Assembly: GCA_030916945.1 (NCBI GenBank)
Contig: JAUPVS010000004.1
Location: 1 to 54,914 of the forward strand
Source of the DNA: Patescibacteria group bacterium
GTDB taxonomy: Bacteria; Patescibacteriota; Saccharimonadia; Saccharimonadales; JAUPVS01
Direction of reading: 5' to 3'
Length of the DNA: 54,914 bases
Below the pieces are notes generated by a model that made no database searches, was not told the origin of the DNA, and saw only the letters and a program-made list of their open reading frames with translations. How positions within the stretch are numbered: position 1 is the stretch's first letter; every line of letters starts with the position of its first letter. Shown here one piece after another: positions 33,709-42,773 of this stretch. The position numbers were made by a program, and so were the translations under genes.

Positions 33709-34141
33709 GATGTCGAACCCGACGCTCGTTGGGTTTACCCTTAAACACCCAGTTGCGATACCAGAAGTAGTTCCAAACCGTAAAGAAACCGGCCGAGATG
33801 AACTGGCCAATGGCGACGACGATACCGACTTCTTGTAAACTGCGCAAAATCACATAACTCAGCAAGAAGTTAGCCGCCGTGTAGATAACATATTTGCCAG
33901 TCACATAGGTTAGGTTGCGACTCTTGGAGCTTGTAAAGACCCAATAGCGCTCCAGAATAAAGTTCAGCGTTACCCCTACCCCATTACCAATTAAGTTAGC
34001 CCACCAAAGACCTATAACTGGTGTCAGAAATACGATCAGAATATAGGCGCTCCAAAAGTAGGCACCACCGCTAACCAGATATTCGGCAATCCGAACCAAT
34101 TCGAGTCGTTGTTTCTTTTTTAGTTTTGGGGTGTTTGTCAT
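33701..34141 (-). CDS. GtrA-family membrane protein (polyprenyl-phosphate-sugar flippase-like)
   Basis: 4 TM; YLVSGGAYFWSAYILIVFL and LERYWVF, typical of GtrA. Confidence 0.8.
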   Translation of the reverse strand: MTNTPKLKKKQRLELVRIAEYLVSGGAYFWSAYILIVFLTPVIGLWWANLIGNGVGVTLNFILERYWVFTSSKSRNLTYVTGKYVIYTAANFLLSYVILRSLQEVGIVVAIGQFISAGFFTVWNYFWYRNWVFKGKPNERRVRHHA

Positions 34142-34142
34142 A

Positions 34143-35453
34143 TCAGTTGGCTTTATTGCGCTTACGATTCAGTATATCAGGTAGCGTCATGGCCGCACCA
34201 GCCAACCCCCACCAAATAATACTCAAAGCATCGTCGGTCCAGGCGTGCGAAATAAGGTTTATCACCGTAATCCCCACCAGGCTAGCGAACAATACCTGGG
34301 CCAGTAGCGCTTTGGAACGCAGTAGCTGACGGCCAACCAGTATGGTAATGGCTACAAACAAGCCTAGCCCAATTAAGCCAACCTCTTGGCCGATTTGCAG
34401 ATAATAGTTTTCGGCAATTCGGGCCGGTTGATTATTACGAAAAGAGGCGGGACCGGCTGTACCCGGACCAGCCCCAAAGGACTGCTGGATAATCTCGCGG
34501 CTGGCGGCCTTTAGCGACGATAAACGTTGTTCGTTACTGCTAACCGCAGATTGCGAAGTTTCGTCGGAATGAAAGACCGTGTTTTGAACAAAGTTATTGT
34601 CGCGCAGTAGCCAAATACCAGAAAACGCTAGAACAAGGCCAACCCCGACCGCCACAACGAGACCACGACGTTGCTCGTTATTAGCCTGGCGCCATAAAAA
34701 GACCATCACGGCTACAGTCAAGCCAATCCAAGCACTCCGCGAATAGGTAAAGAACAAGGTCAAAAATGCCAAACCGATGAAGCCAACCAGTGCCAGGTGT
34801 CGCCGCACAAATGCCAGAGCCGTTAGAATCGGAACAATCAAGTAGGCCCCCAACGGGTTGGCACCACGCAAGGTACTCTGCACACGTTGATAGGCCAACT
34901 TCTGGTCAACGGTAGCAACCGGGCTAATTGTGTCGGGGCCGTAGCCAAAGTGACGCAAAAAATCGCTCGGCAAAAGCAACCTTTGAGCGATACCAAAAAC
35001 CACCACTAGACTAGCCGGTACCAGGACAATTTTGGGCCACCACAGGCGCACCCGGGGATCAAACGAACAGATTGCCCAGACCGTTAAAAAGAACCACAGA
35101 AAACGAATATTAGTCACCAGACTAAACCAGACGGCACTAGGGGTGGTTGTTCCCTGAATAAGTTCAAGCCCGGCGTAGGCCGCAAAAAACACGCCATATA
35201 ACACTACACAACGCACCAACCAGCTCTGCTGCCAACGGCGTAAAAGCGGTTTGCTTTGATAAACCAAGATAGCCCCATAAACACCCAGCGGCAACATAAT
35301 AAGCTCTTTAATAACCCTAAAAAGGTCTAGGTGGCCAAAGTTACTACCCGCCCAGGTGGTAAGCAGGGTATTAAACGGTACTAGGGTTAATATGGCTACA
35401 ATCGCGTAGGTCGCCACGGTGGTTGTTCTTGAGGGGGCTACAGATTGCTTCAT
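34143..35453 (-). CDS. O-antigen ligase/polymerase family membrane protein (Wzy_C domain)
   Basis: About 10-12 TM with the FTYSRSAWIGLTVAV motif and an extracytoplasmic loop between TMs. Confidence 0.8.
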   Translation of the reverse strand: MKQSVAPSRTTTVATYAIVAILTLVPFNTLLTTWAGSNFGHLDLFRVIKELIMLPLGVYGAILVYQSKPLLRRWQQSWLVRCVVLYGVFFAAYAGLELIQGTTTPSAVWFSLVTNIRFLWFFLTVWAICSFDPRVRLWWPKIVLVPASLVVVFGIAQRLLLPSDFLRHFGYGPDTISPVATVDQKLAYQRVQSTLRGANPLGAYLIVPILTALAFVRRHLALVGFIGLAFLTLFFTYSRSAWIGLTVAVMVFLWRQANNEQRRGLVVAVGVGLVLAFSGIWLLRDNNFVQNTVFHSDETSQSAVSSNEQRLSSLKAASREIIQQSFGAGPGTAGPASFRNNQPARIAENYYLQIGQEVGLIGLGLFVAITILVGRQLLRSKALLAQVLFASLVGITVINLISHAWTDDALSIIWWGLAGAAMTLPDILNRKRNKAN

Positions 35454-35479
35454 AGGTGTTACAATCTAGTATATAGCGT

Positions 35480-36919
35480 ATGAAGAATAATGCCTCTTTC
35501 GTCTATAGTTTTTGCCTAGTCATCGGTGATTTTCTCGCCTTGGTGGCAGCTTTTATCGGTGCCTACCTATTACGTGTCACGTTTAGCGACAAGGCCATTA
35601 GCCAACCAGTATCGGCTCTTACCTATCTTGAACTATTCTTACTACTTACACCTTTTTGGATTCTAATCTTTGGGTTGCTTGGCTTATATACCCGTAACAT
35701 CTACGAAAAGCGCTTTAGCGAACTTGGTCGCCTGTTCATCGGTTCTTTTGTGGGACTACTGTTCGTTATCGCGGTTGATTTTGTTTCTGTAAAACCGATT
35801 TTCCCGGCTAAGCTGGTGCCTATCTACGGGTTCCTATTAGCCTTCGTTTTCTTAGTCATCATCCGCAACCTGGCCCGTTACATCCGCACCTTACTGTTTA
35901 GTTACAACATTGGAATTAGCAACGTTCTTATCATTGGCGACACTGAAATAAGCGAGGAGCTAGTCGATTCACTACGTAATAGTAAAACTTCTGGTTACCG
36001 AGTAATCGGCATTATAAGTGGTGGTCGTTTCGCTCAAGAACACTTTAACGATATTACCGTTTTCAAAGACGCTCAACAGGCCTTTCGAGCCCTATCTACC
36101 GAAAAAATTCATGGCATTGTTCAAACTCAGCTATATTCCGATACCGACCGCAACAACGAGATTTTAAACTTCGCTCAGGAACATCATATTTCTTACCGCT
36201 TCATACCCGGTAATACGGAGCTGTTCGTTGGTAACATCGAGGTCGACCTGTTCCGATCGTCGGTGCCAGTTATAACAGTTCATCAAACTCCATTAATTGG
36301 TTGGGGACGGATTGTAAAAAGACTCTTTGACCTGGCTGTTACTTTGCCTGCGATCATTTTACTCAGCCCGTTAATGTTAGTTATTGCTGTTTGCATAAAA
36401 CTATTTGGTGGTAAGGGCAAGGTTCTGTATAAGCAGACCCGACTAACCCGGTATAACCGTGAGTTCAAGGCCTACAAGTTCCGATCGATGCTCAGTCAAT
36501 ACAGCACCGGTATGACGCCCGAAGAAGCTTTCGCCAAGATGGGTAAGCCAGAGCTTGCCAAGAAGTACCGCGCCAATGGCGACTTTTTGCCCAAGGACCC
36601 GCGCATAACACCGCTTGGGCGATTCTTGCGACGCACCAGCTTGGATGAACTACCGCAACTGTTCAATATTTTGAAAGGTGACATCAGCCTAGTTGGCCCG
36701 CGCGCTTTAATCCCACAAGAGCTAAATGTCTACGAAAAACGGCACGCTATTTTGAGCGTAAAGTCTGGGCTGACTGGCCTGGCCCAAGTCTCCGGACGCA
36801 AAAGTATTAGCTTTGACGAACGCCGTAAGCTCGACATCTACTACGTTCAAAACTGGACCTTTTGGATGGACATTGTCATTCTACTTAAAACTGTACGGGT
36901 AATTTTGGGTGGCAACTAA
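35480..36919 (+). CDS. Polyprenyl-phosphate glycosyl-1-phosphate transferase (WbaP/CpsE-type priming sugar transferase)
   Basis: N-terminal 4-5 TM and a C-terminal Bac_transf domain: DELPQLFNILKGDISLVGPRA, SGLTGLAQVSGR. Confidence 0.9.
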   Translation: MKNNASFVYSFCLVIGDFLALVAAFIGAYLLRVTFSDKAISQPVSALTYLELFLLLTPFWILIFGLLGLYTRNIYEKRFSELGRLFIGSFVGLLFVIAVDFVSVKPIFPAKLVPIYGFLLAFVFLVIIRNLARYIRTLLFSYNIGISNVLIIGDTEISEELVDSLRNSKTSGYRVIGIISGGRFAQEHFNDITVFKDAQQAFRALSTEKIHGIVQTQLYSDTDRNNEILNFAQEHHISYRFIPGNTELFVGNIEVDLFRSSVPVITVHQTPLIGWGRIVKRLFDLAVTLPAIILLSPLMLVIAVCIKLFGGKGKVLYKQTRLTRYNREFKAYKFRSMLSQYSTGMTPEEAFAKMGKPELAKKYRANGDFLPKDPRITPLGRFLRRTSLDELPQLFNILKGDISLVGPRALIPQELNVYEKRHAILSVKSGLTGLAQVSGRKSISFDERRKLDIYYVQNWTFWMDIVILLKTVRVILGGN

Positions 36920-38009
36920 GCAGCCCCGAGTGGCAATTGTCCACGACTGGTTTGTTGGTGGTGGTGCCGAAAAGGTGGTTTTAGAAATCAGCCGGTTGTA
37001 CCCAGACGCGCCCATCTATACATCGTATTGCTCGCCAGAGTGGCGCCAAAAACTAGCGCCCGCCAAAGTTGTTACCGGCTACTTGCAGCACTTCCCGCGT
37101 TTACGAAAATTCTTGCCACCACTTCGTCAACACTGGTTTTCCCATTTAGATTTTAGCAATTATGATTTAGTGATTTCGAGCTCCGGCGCCGAAGCCAAGG
37201 GAATTAAAGTGCCGGCCGGGACAGTTCACATTAATTATTGTCATGCCCCCACCCACTATTACTGGAGCCGCTACGACGAGTATATTAGTAACCCGGGGTT
37301 TGGAATCTTTAACTGGTTGGCCCGAATTGGGCTAAAACTGCTGCTTGGGCCAATGCGCCGCTGGGACTACAAGGCAGCTCAGCGTCCTACACACATAATC
37401 GCTAACTCGGGCTACATTAAAGATCAGATCAAGCAGTACTACAACCGCGATGCCACCGTCATCCATCCACCAGTTGATGTGGAGCGTTTTGCCGGGCCAG
37501 ACCATGCCCGAGCCGGCTTTGTGGTAGCCGGCCGGCAAACGCCTTACAAGCGCTTTGACCTAGCTGTCGCCGCCTGCACCGAATTAGAGCTACCATTACT
37601 CGTCATTGGCCGCGGGCCTGACCATAAACGCTTGGTGGCCATGGCCGGACCTTCTATCCAGTTCATTACTGACGCCAACGACCAAGACATTGTCGCCCAT
37701 TTTCAACACGCCGAAGGCTTCATTTTCCCAGGCCTGGACGACTTTGGCATTGTCGCTGTCGAGGCTCTAGCCGCCGGCACACCAGTGCTCGCCTACAAAG
37801 ACGGTGGCGCCCTCGATTACGTGGTGCCTGGCAAGACCGGTGAGTTTTTTGATAAACCAACGGTTGCGTCCCTAAAGGCCGCTCTCCTGAAATTTACAGA
37901 CATAACTTTTACGCCACAAACAGTTACCAAACAGGCCGGTAAATTCTCGGCTGCCTCTTTTAAAACACGCTTTTCGGACTATATTTCCACTCACACAAAA
38001 GGCATTTAG
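36909..38009 (+). CDS. Glycosyltransferase family 4 (GT-B)
   Basis: VAIVHDWFVGGGAEKV N-terminus; EGFIFPGLDDFGIVAVEALAAGTPVLA (E-x7-E region). GTG start at 36909 or 36930. Confidence 0.85.
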   Translation: MATKQPRVAIVHDWFVGGGAEKVVLEISRLYPDAPIYTSYCSPEWRQKLAPAKVVTGYLQHFPRLRKFLPPLRQHWFSHLDFSNYDLVISSSGAEAKGIKVPAGTVHINYCHAPTHYYWSRYDEYISNPGFGIFNWLARIGLKLLLGPMRRWDYKAAQRPTHIIANSGYIKDQIKQYYNRDATVIHPPVDVERFAGPDHARAGFVVAGRQTPYKRFDLAVAACTELELPLLVIGRGPDHKRLVAMAGPSIQFITDANDQDIVAHFQHAEGFIFPGLDDFGIVAVEALAAGTPVLAYKDGGALDYVVPGKTGEFFDKPTVASLKAALLKFTDITFTPQTVTKQAGKFSAASFKTRFSDYISTHTKGI

Positions 38010-38012
38010 ATA

Positions 38013-38555
38013 ATGAAAAAGTGGAAGAAGCTTTCGAGCAAACAGCTCTTTAATCATAGCCGTATTCAGGTTTATGAGGATCAAGTCGAACTACCATCAG
38101 GACACAAGACTAGCTACGTTCATTTTGGCAAAGCACCTGACGCGGCCTGCATCATTGCTATAAATGACGTCGGGAAAATTCTGATTCAAAAAGAATACAG
38201 CTACCCGCCAAATGAGTGGCTCTACCAATTACCTGGTGGTGCCCTAGAAACCAATGAGACACCGGAGACAGGGGCGGCCCGCGAGTTTGCCGAAGAGGCC
38301 CAGCTGACAGGAGAGTTCACCTCGTTGGGCTGGTTCTATCTTGATAATCGGCGTCGGCCATCAAAGTTTTACGTATTCTTGGCAACAAACTTGCAACCCA
38401 AAAAAACTAAAAACGACCCAGAAGAAGAGTTCGTAGATTATTGGTTCACGCCGCATGAAATCGACACCATGATTGCCGCTGGTGATATTGTTAACTATTC
38501 GTTGTTATCAGCTTGGGCCATGTATAAAGCCCGTTTACTAAGCAGTAGCCCCTAA
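38013..38555 (+). CDS. NUDIX hydrolase
   Basis: Nudix box GGALETNETPETGAAREFAEEAQL. Confidence 0.85.
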   Translation: MKKWKKLSSKQLFNHSRIQVYEDQVELPSGHKTSYVHFGKAPDAACIIAINDVGKILIQKEYSYPPNEWLYQLPGGALETNETPETGAAREFAEEAQLTGEFTSLGWFYLDNRRRPSKFYVFLATNLQPKKTKNDPEEEFVDYWFTPHEIDTMIAAGDIVNYSLLSAWAMYKARLLSSSP

Positions 38556-39296
38556 GATACCCTCAATTACAAAGGCAGTGTCTTCCCAACGCTCTACGGC
38601 GATAGTATCAATACCCATGGCTTTTACCGGGTAGTCATTGCCGCCCTCTTGTAGTTTGTCGCCAATAAACAGGATCTCGTCTTTACTTATCTTAAGAGCC
38701 TCGATCAACTTCTCCATGCCGTAAGCCTTGTCGATGCCCAGTCGGGTTATATCGATAGTGGTCGAACCACCAAGTCTAACCTCTAGATTCGGCAGCCGAG
38801 ACGAAACTCGAGCATGGAATTCTTTCTTGACATCACCATACTGTTCAGCCCATTTGTACTTCTCTTCTGGTGGAGCTTTCTGCCCAAGAATCGAGTAAGC
38901 AATCTGGCTTTGACGATCCTCTAAAATCGCTCCCCAGGTTTTAGGATTCTTAAGATCCGTCTTGGCGGCTTCTTCTTCAAGAACCGTAATGATTTCTTTT
39001 TTCTGCCCGTCGGTTAAGTCCTCGGCGTACAGCAATACCCACTCATTCTTAACCTCATCGTAGCGGTAATATCGTGTGCCGCAAGTAGGCATAAGGTGAA
39101 ATTTGCGTAGTTGCTCAGCCGAAACTTCAAGCCGCTCGGTTACCTGAATCTTAAACTGTTCGAACTTGCCGCCAGAAATAATACAAATCTCGTATTTATC
39201 AACCAGCTGACCGAGTAGGTTAGCCATACGATCACTGATTAGCGACTTACTAATCGCTAGAGTGTCGTCAAGATCAAAAGCAATTAACTTCTTCAA
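38538..39296 (-). CDS. HAD-IIB hydrolase, phosphomannomutase-like (eukaryotic PMM type)
   Basis: LIAFDLDDTLA (DxD motif I), SGGK, GDK...GGNDY. I revised the start to the TTG at 39296, which follows AAGGAG with a 6-nt spacer right after the ManC stop. Confidence 0.7.
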   Translation of the reverse strand: MKKLIAFDLDDTLAISKSLISDRMANLLGQLVDKYEICIISGGKFEQFKIQVTERLEVSAEQLRKFHLMPTCGTRYYRYDEVKNEWVLLYAEDLTDGQKKEIITVLEEEAAKTDLKNPKTWGAILEDRQSQIAYSILGQKAPPEEKYKWAEQYGDVKKEFHARVSSRLPNLEVRLGGSTTIDITRLGIDKAYGMEKLIEALKISKDEILFIGDKLQEGGNDYPVKAMGIDTIAVERWEDTAFVIEGILGATA

Positions 39297-39306
39297 GTTC
39301 AGCTCC

Positions 39307-40341
39307 TTATTTTTTAAACCGCTTACTAATGTCACCGACTTTCTGGGCTAAGTCTTTGCGGGTTACCAGTATGCCATTTGCCGTATTAATAACGGCTACG
39401 TTGTCCAGGCCGATGACCGCTACCGGTCGACCTTCGTCATTTCGCACGTAGGAGTTCTCGACATCCTCTAGCTCAACATTGCCACCGGTTGTGTGATTAC
39501 CGTTTTGATCGCTTTCGACAGCTTTATGAAGATCGCCAAATGAACCCAGATCCATCCAGTCAAAGGCCGCCGGCGCCACCAATAGATCCTCAACCTTTTC
39601 GATTAGCGCATAGTCGATAGCAATGTTTTCGAAACCTAGGTAGGTCTTTTCGTAATCGGCGGCCGTCTTACAGCTCTTTAAGGCTTCGTACTCTTGATGA
39701 AGCTTAGGGGCATATTGCTTCATGGCCTTCAAAAAGGTGTCGACCGAACCAACAAAATAGCCACAGTTCCATAAGTACTTACCGCTTTTCAAGAAACCAC
39801 GGGCGACTTCGTACGTAGGCTTTTCTTTGAATTGCTTAACATCAAAAATAAAGGCATCTTCGTCAAATAAATCACCCTTCTCGATATAGCCAAAACCAGT
39901 GGCAGGATAGTCGGGTTCGGCCCCAACCTGGACAATGCGACCTTCTCTTTTAGACACCCGAGCGGCAACTTTAAAGGAGTGGGCAAAGCCATCAACGTCT
40001 CTTATGTAATGGTCTGCCGCCATAAAGGCAATCGGCTCATCACTGTCGTTATCGCGTGCGATTCTTTCAAGCCCAGCCACAATACAGCTGGCCGTTCCCC
40101 GACGCGCCGGCTCAACAATAAAATGAGAGTCTGGCAGATCCGGTAACTGCTCTTTTACATGGTGAGCGTGGCTTACTTCTGGGATGACATATATTTTGCT
40201 ACTCAGGCGTTTGGCACGAGCGTAGGTATTTTGTAGCAAGGAACCCGACCCATTTAAAGCCAAAAGATGTTTTGGGTAATCAGGCGTGGAGAGTGGCCAC
40301 AAACGGGACCCCGAACCCCCCGCGATAATTACAGTAATCAT
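39307..40341 (-). CDS. manC: Mannose-1-phosphate guanylyltransferase
   Basis: MITVIIAGGSGSRLWPLS (GxGxRLxPLS) and FVGSVDTF. 344 aa with no C-terminal PMI domain. Confidence 0.85.
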   Translation of the reverse strand: MITVIIAGGSGSRLWPLSTPDYPKHLLALNGSGSLLQNTYARAKRLSSKIYVIPEVSHAHHVKEQLPDLPDSHFIVEPARRGTASCIVAGLERIARDNDSDEPIAFMAADHYIRDVDGFAHSFKVAARVSKREGRIVQVGAEPDYPATGFGYIEKGDLFDEDAFIFDVKQFKEKPTYEVARGFLKSGKYLWNCGYFVGSVDTFLKAMKQYAPKLHQEYEALKSCKTAADYEKTYLGFENIAIDYALIEKVEDLLVAPAAFDWMDLGSFGDLHKAVESDQNGNHTTGGNVELEDVENSYVRNDEGRPVAVIGLDNVAVINTANGILVTRKDLAQKVGDISKRFKK

Positions 40342-40369
40342 TCGCCTATAGTAGCAAACTCGTAGCCAT

Positions 40370-41428
40370 TTATGAACTAGCTACGGCGTTTCGATTACGG
40401 AATTTCAGATACAAACCCTTGTACAAACCGACTGCGTAGAAAACTGCAAAAATTGGCAATACAGCAATGAAAGCAATAGCGTCGGCTAATTTCACCCCTA
40501 GCAACAACACAACCAACAATCCAGATAAATACATAATCAATCCAACAAAAATTAGCCATGGGAATAGTATTAAAATCGGCAACGCCAAAGGCAGCACAGA
40601 TAAAACAATGATTAGCGGTACGAAATAACGCGTCCCGGGCTTTAGGAACCCATCAATAAACACAACACCTCGGTGCGTAGTATGTTTCATGAAAGCTTTT
40701 AACGTACTGCGTGAATGGTACGTGAAGCTAAACTGAGGTGCTATATATATGTCGTGTTGTTTGACCATGTACCGAATTAAAGCCGAGTCGTCGTTGGCAT
40801 TACCAAGATCCTGATAGCCAGTTTTGAACTGCGCATAGGCGTCCAGAAAAACCTGACGTGGCGCCAGGAAACAGGTCGTGCCCTTTGGGTAATAATCATA
40901 GTCCGCTAAGCCGTAGTGAGTAAGTTTTGGGTTCTTAAAATAGCGCCGCCAAGCTATAAAGGTGACTGTATGCCAAAAACGAGCATACCAATTACCCTGC
41001 CTGTCTACTTCTACGTGACCATTCCAAATTACTGCTTCGGGGTTTTTCTGCATCTGCGTAGCCAGATACTTAAACGATCCTGGGCCAGCAAACACACGAC
41101 TATCAATAAAGAAAACGTAATCACCCTTTGCAACCGCTAAGCCCTTTTTACGAGCCATGAATCGTCCAGCATTCTTTTGTACAACCAACTTTATTTTTTG
41201 GTCAAGCTTGATTCCCCTAACAACTTTGGCGGTATTATCGGTCGAGCCGTCATCGACAACAATTATTTCAATTCGCCGCCAATTTGATTTAGATAGTGAT
41301 TTCCATAGCCTATCCAATGTATCGGGCATCCACTGCTCGGCATTGTAGACGGGTATAATCACGCTAAGGGTCGCATCTTGGGGTTGTTTATGAGGGCTGG
41401 TTTTGGACATCACTGATTGATTATACAT
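40370..41428 (-). CDS. Glycosyltransferase family 2 with C-terminal TM segments
   Basis: LSVIIPVYNAEQWM, VVDDGSTDNT and a DSR (DxD-like) motif, plus a hydrophobic C-terminus. Confidence 0.85.
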   Translation of the reverse strand: MYNQSVMSKTSPHKQPQDATLSVIIPVYNAEQWMPDTLDRLWKSLSKSNWRRIEIIVVDDGSTDNTAKVVRGIKLDQKIKLVVQKNAGRFMARKKGLAVAKGDYVFFIDSRVFAGPGSFKYLATQMQKNPEAVIWNGHVEVDRQGNWYARFWHTVTFIAWRRYFKNPKLTHYGLADYDYYPKGTTCFLAPRQVFLDAYAQFKTGYQDLGNANDDSALIRYMVKQHDIYIAPQFSFTYHSRSTLKAFMKHTTHRGVVFIDGFLKPGTRYFVPLIIVLSVLPLALPILILFPWLIFVGLIMYLSGLLVVLLLGVKLADAIAFIAVLPIFAVFYAVGLYKGLYLKFRNRNAVASS

Positions 41429-41512
41429 CGGGTAGTAACTTCTACTTCATTTTCTGCGGACGGCAATGTAGTATTCAAGTATAATAAGAGTCTGAACTAA
41501 TGAGGTAACACA

Positions 41513-41554
41513 ATGAAGGCAACCCCTTTGAATACACGGACGTGGGCAAACTAG
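41513..41554 (+). CDS. Possible 13-aa upstream ORF (MKATPLNTRTWAN) translationally coupled to the 3-dehydratase gene
   Basis: GAGGT lies 6 nt upstream of the ATG at 41513. The TAG at 41552-41554 ends 1 nt before the ATG at 41556, which has no SD of its own. Confidence 0.3.
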   Translation: MKATPLNTRTWAN

Positions 41555-41555
41555 C

Positions 41556-42773
41556 ATGAAAGAGAATTACTGGCTGGGTAAGGTGGAGGACTTCGCTTCG
41601 AGTCAACACATCGTTAAGCTAATTAAGTCTAGTTTTTATAACGAAAAAGAAACCAAGCTAGCTCTTGTCGATTTCATCATGAACACCGACAGACTCAGTA
41701 TGGGCGAAGAATGTCTAAAATTCGAAACGGCTTTTTCTAAAAGCCAGAAGCGGGACTTCTCGGTTTTTGTGAGTAGTGGCAGCATGGCTAATCTCCTGTT
41801 GTTGCAAGCCCTCATGAACCTCGGTCGACTTAAGCTTGGCGACAAGGTTGGCTTTTCTGCCCTTACCTGGCCAACCAACGTTATGCCGATAATCCAGTTG
41901 GGCCTGGTACCTGTCCCGCTAGATTGCTCCCCCAAAACGTTAAACGTCACCCCCGATCACCTGCAAGAAGTTGCCGATGATATTGCCTGTTTATTTCTAA
42001 CAAATGTCCTTGGGTTCAGTGACGACATTAAGAAAATTGCCAAAATTTGTAAAAGTAAGGGTATCCTCTTTATCGAGGATAACTGCGAATCATTGGGCTC
42101 CAAGGTTGGCGAGACGCTACTAGGCAACTTTGGATTAGCCTCTACCTTTTCATTCTTCGTCGGACACCATATGTCTACTATCGAAGGCGGGATGATATGT
42201 ACCGATGACGAAGAGCTAAACAGGGCTTTAGTCATGGCTCGAGCGCACGGCTGGGATCGCAATCTTTCACCCAAAGAGCAAGCTAAGCTTCGTGACAAGC
42301 ACGATATTGATGACTTCTACGCTCGTTATACTTTTTACGATCTAGCCTACAATGCCCGGCCAACCGAAATTAATGGCTTCCTTGGTAATGTTCAAATTAA
42401 GTATCTGGATGAAATTGTTAAAAAACGTGAAGCTAACTTTAAAACATTCTTGGCCGCAATTAAGAAGAACGATGACTTTGTAGCCTTTGATCTATCGCAC
42501 ATGAGTCGAGTGTCCAACTTTGCTATGCCGGTAACTTTTTATGACCCAAAGACCAGCCAGCATTATAAGAAGCGCTTCCTTGATGCCAAAGTTGAAATTC
42601 GCCCAATTATTGCTGGCAATGTGACTCGTCAACCTTTCTACCAGAAATACAGCAAAAAAGTGGCAGCCTACCCTAATTCAGATGCCGCCCACTTAAATGG
42701 TTTTTACTTTGGCAATAATGCCGAAATGAGTCCGGTTGAGATTGATTTACTATGTAAACTACTGGAGAAATAA
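41556..42773 (+). CDS. DegT/ColD-family PLP/PMP enzyme, predicted sugar-nucleotide 3-dehydratase (ColD/E1-like) rather than an aminotransferase
   Basis: SSGSMANLL, EDNCESLGS, TFSFFVGHHMSTIEGGMICTDDEEL, ARAHGWDRNL. A His-His occupies the position where aminotransferases of this family carry the Schiff-base Lys, as in ColD (SHHIATMEGG). Confidence 0.75.
   Translation: MKENYWLGKVEDFASSQHIVKLIKSSFYNEKETKLALVDFIMNTDRLSMGEECLKFETAFSKSQKRDFSVFVSSGSMANLLLLQALMNLGRLKLGDKVGFSALTWPTNVMPIIQLGLVPVPLDCSPKTLNVTPDHLQEVADDIACLFLTNVLGFSDDIKKIAKICKSKGILFIEDNCESLGSKVGETLLGNFGLASTFSFFVGHHMSTIEGGMICTDDEELNRALVMARAHGWDRNLSPKEQAKLRDKHDIDDFYARYTFYDLAYNARPTEINGFLGNVQIKYLDEIVKKREANFKTFLAAIKKNDDFVAFDLSHMSRVSNFAMPVTFYDPKTSQHYKKRFLDAKVEIRPIIAGNVTRQPFYQKYSKKVAAYPNSDAAHLNGFYFGNNAEMSPVEIDLLCKLLEK

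Noticed and set aside
33256-33810. Full-length 184-aa version of the LexA-like ORF
   Set aside because: The first 34 codons would overlap the GtrA coding region by 110 nt. The internal ATG at 33708 gives a canonical LexA-type N-terminus (MPETTRPTKKQKELL...) and the common 8-nt overlap.
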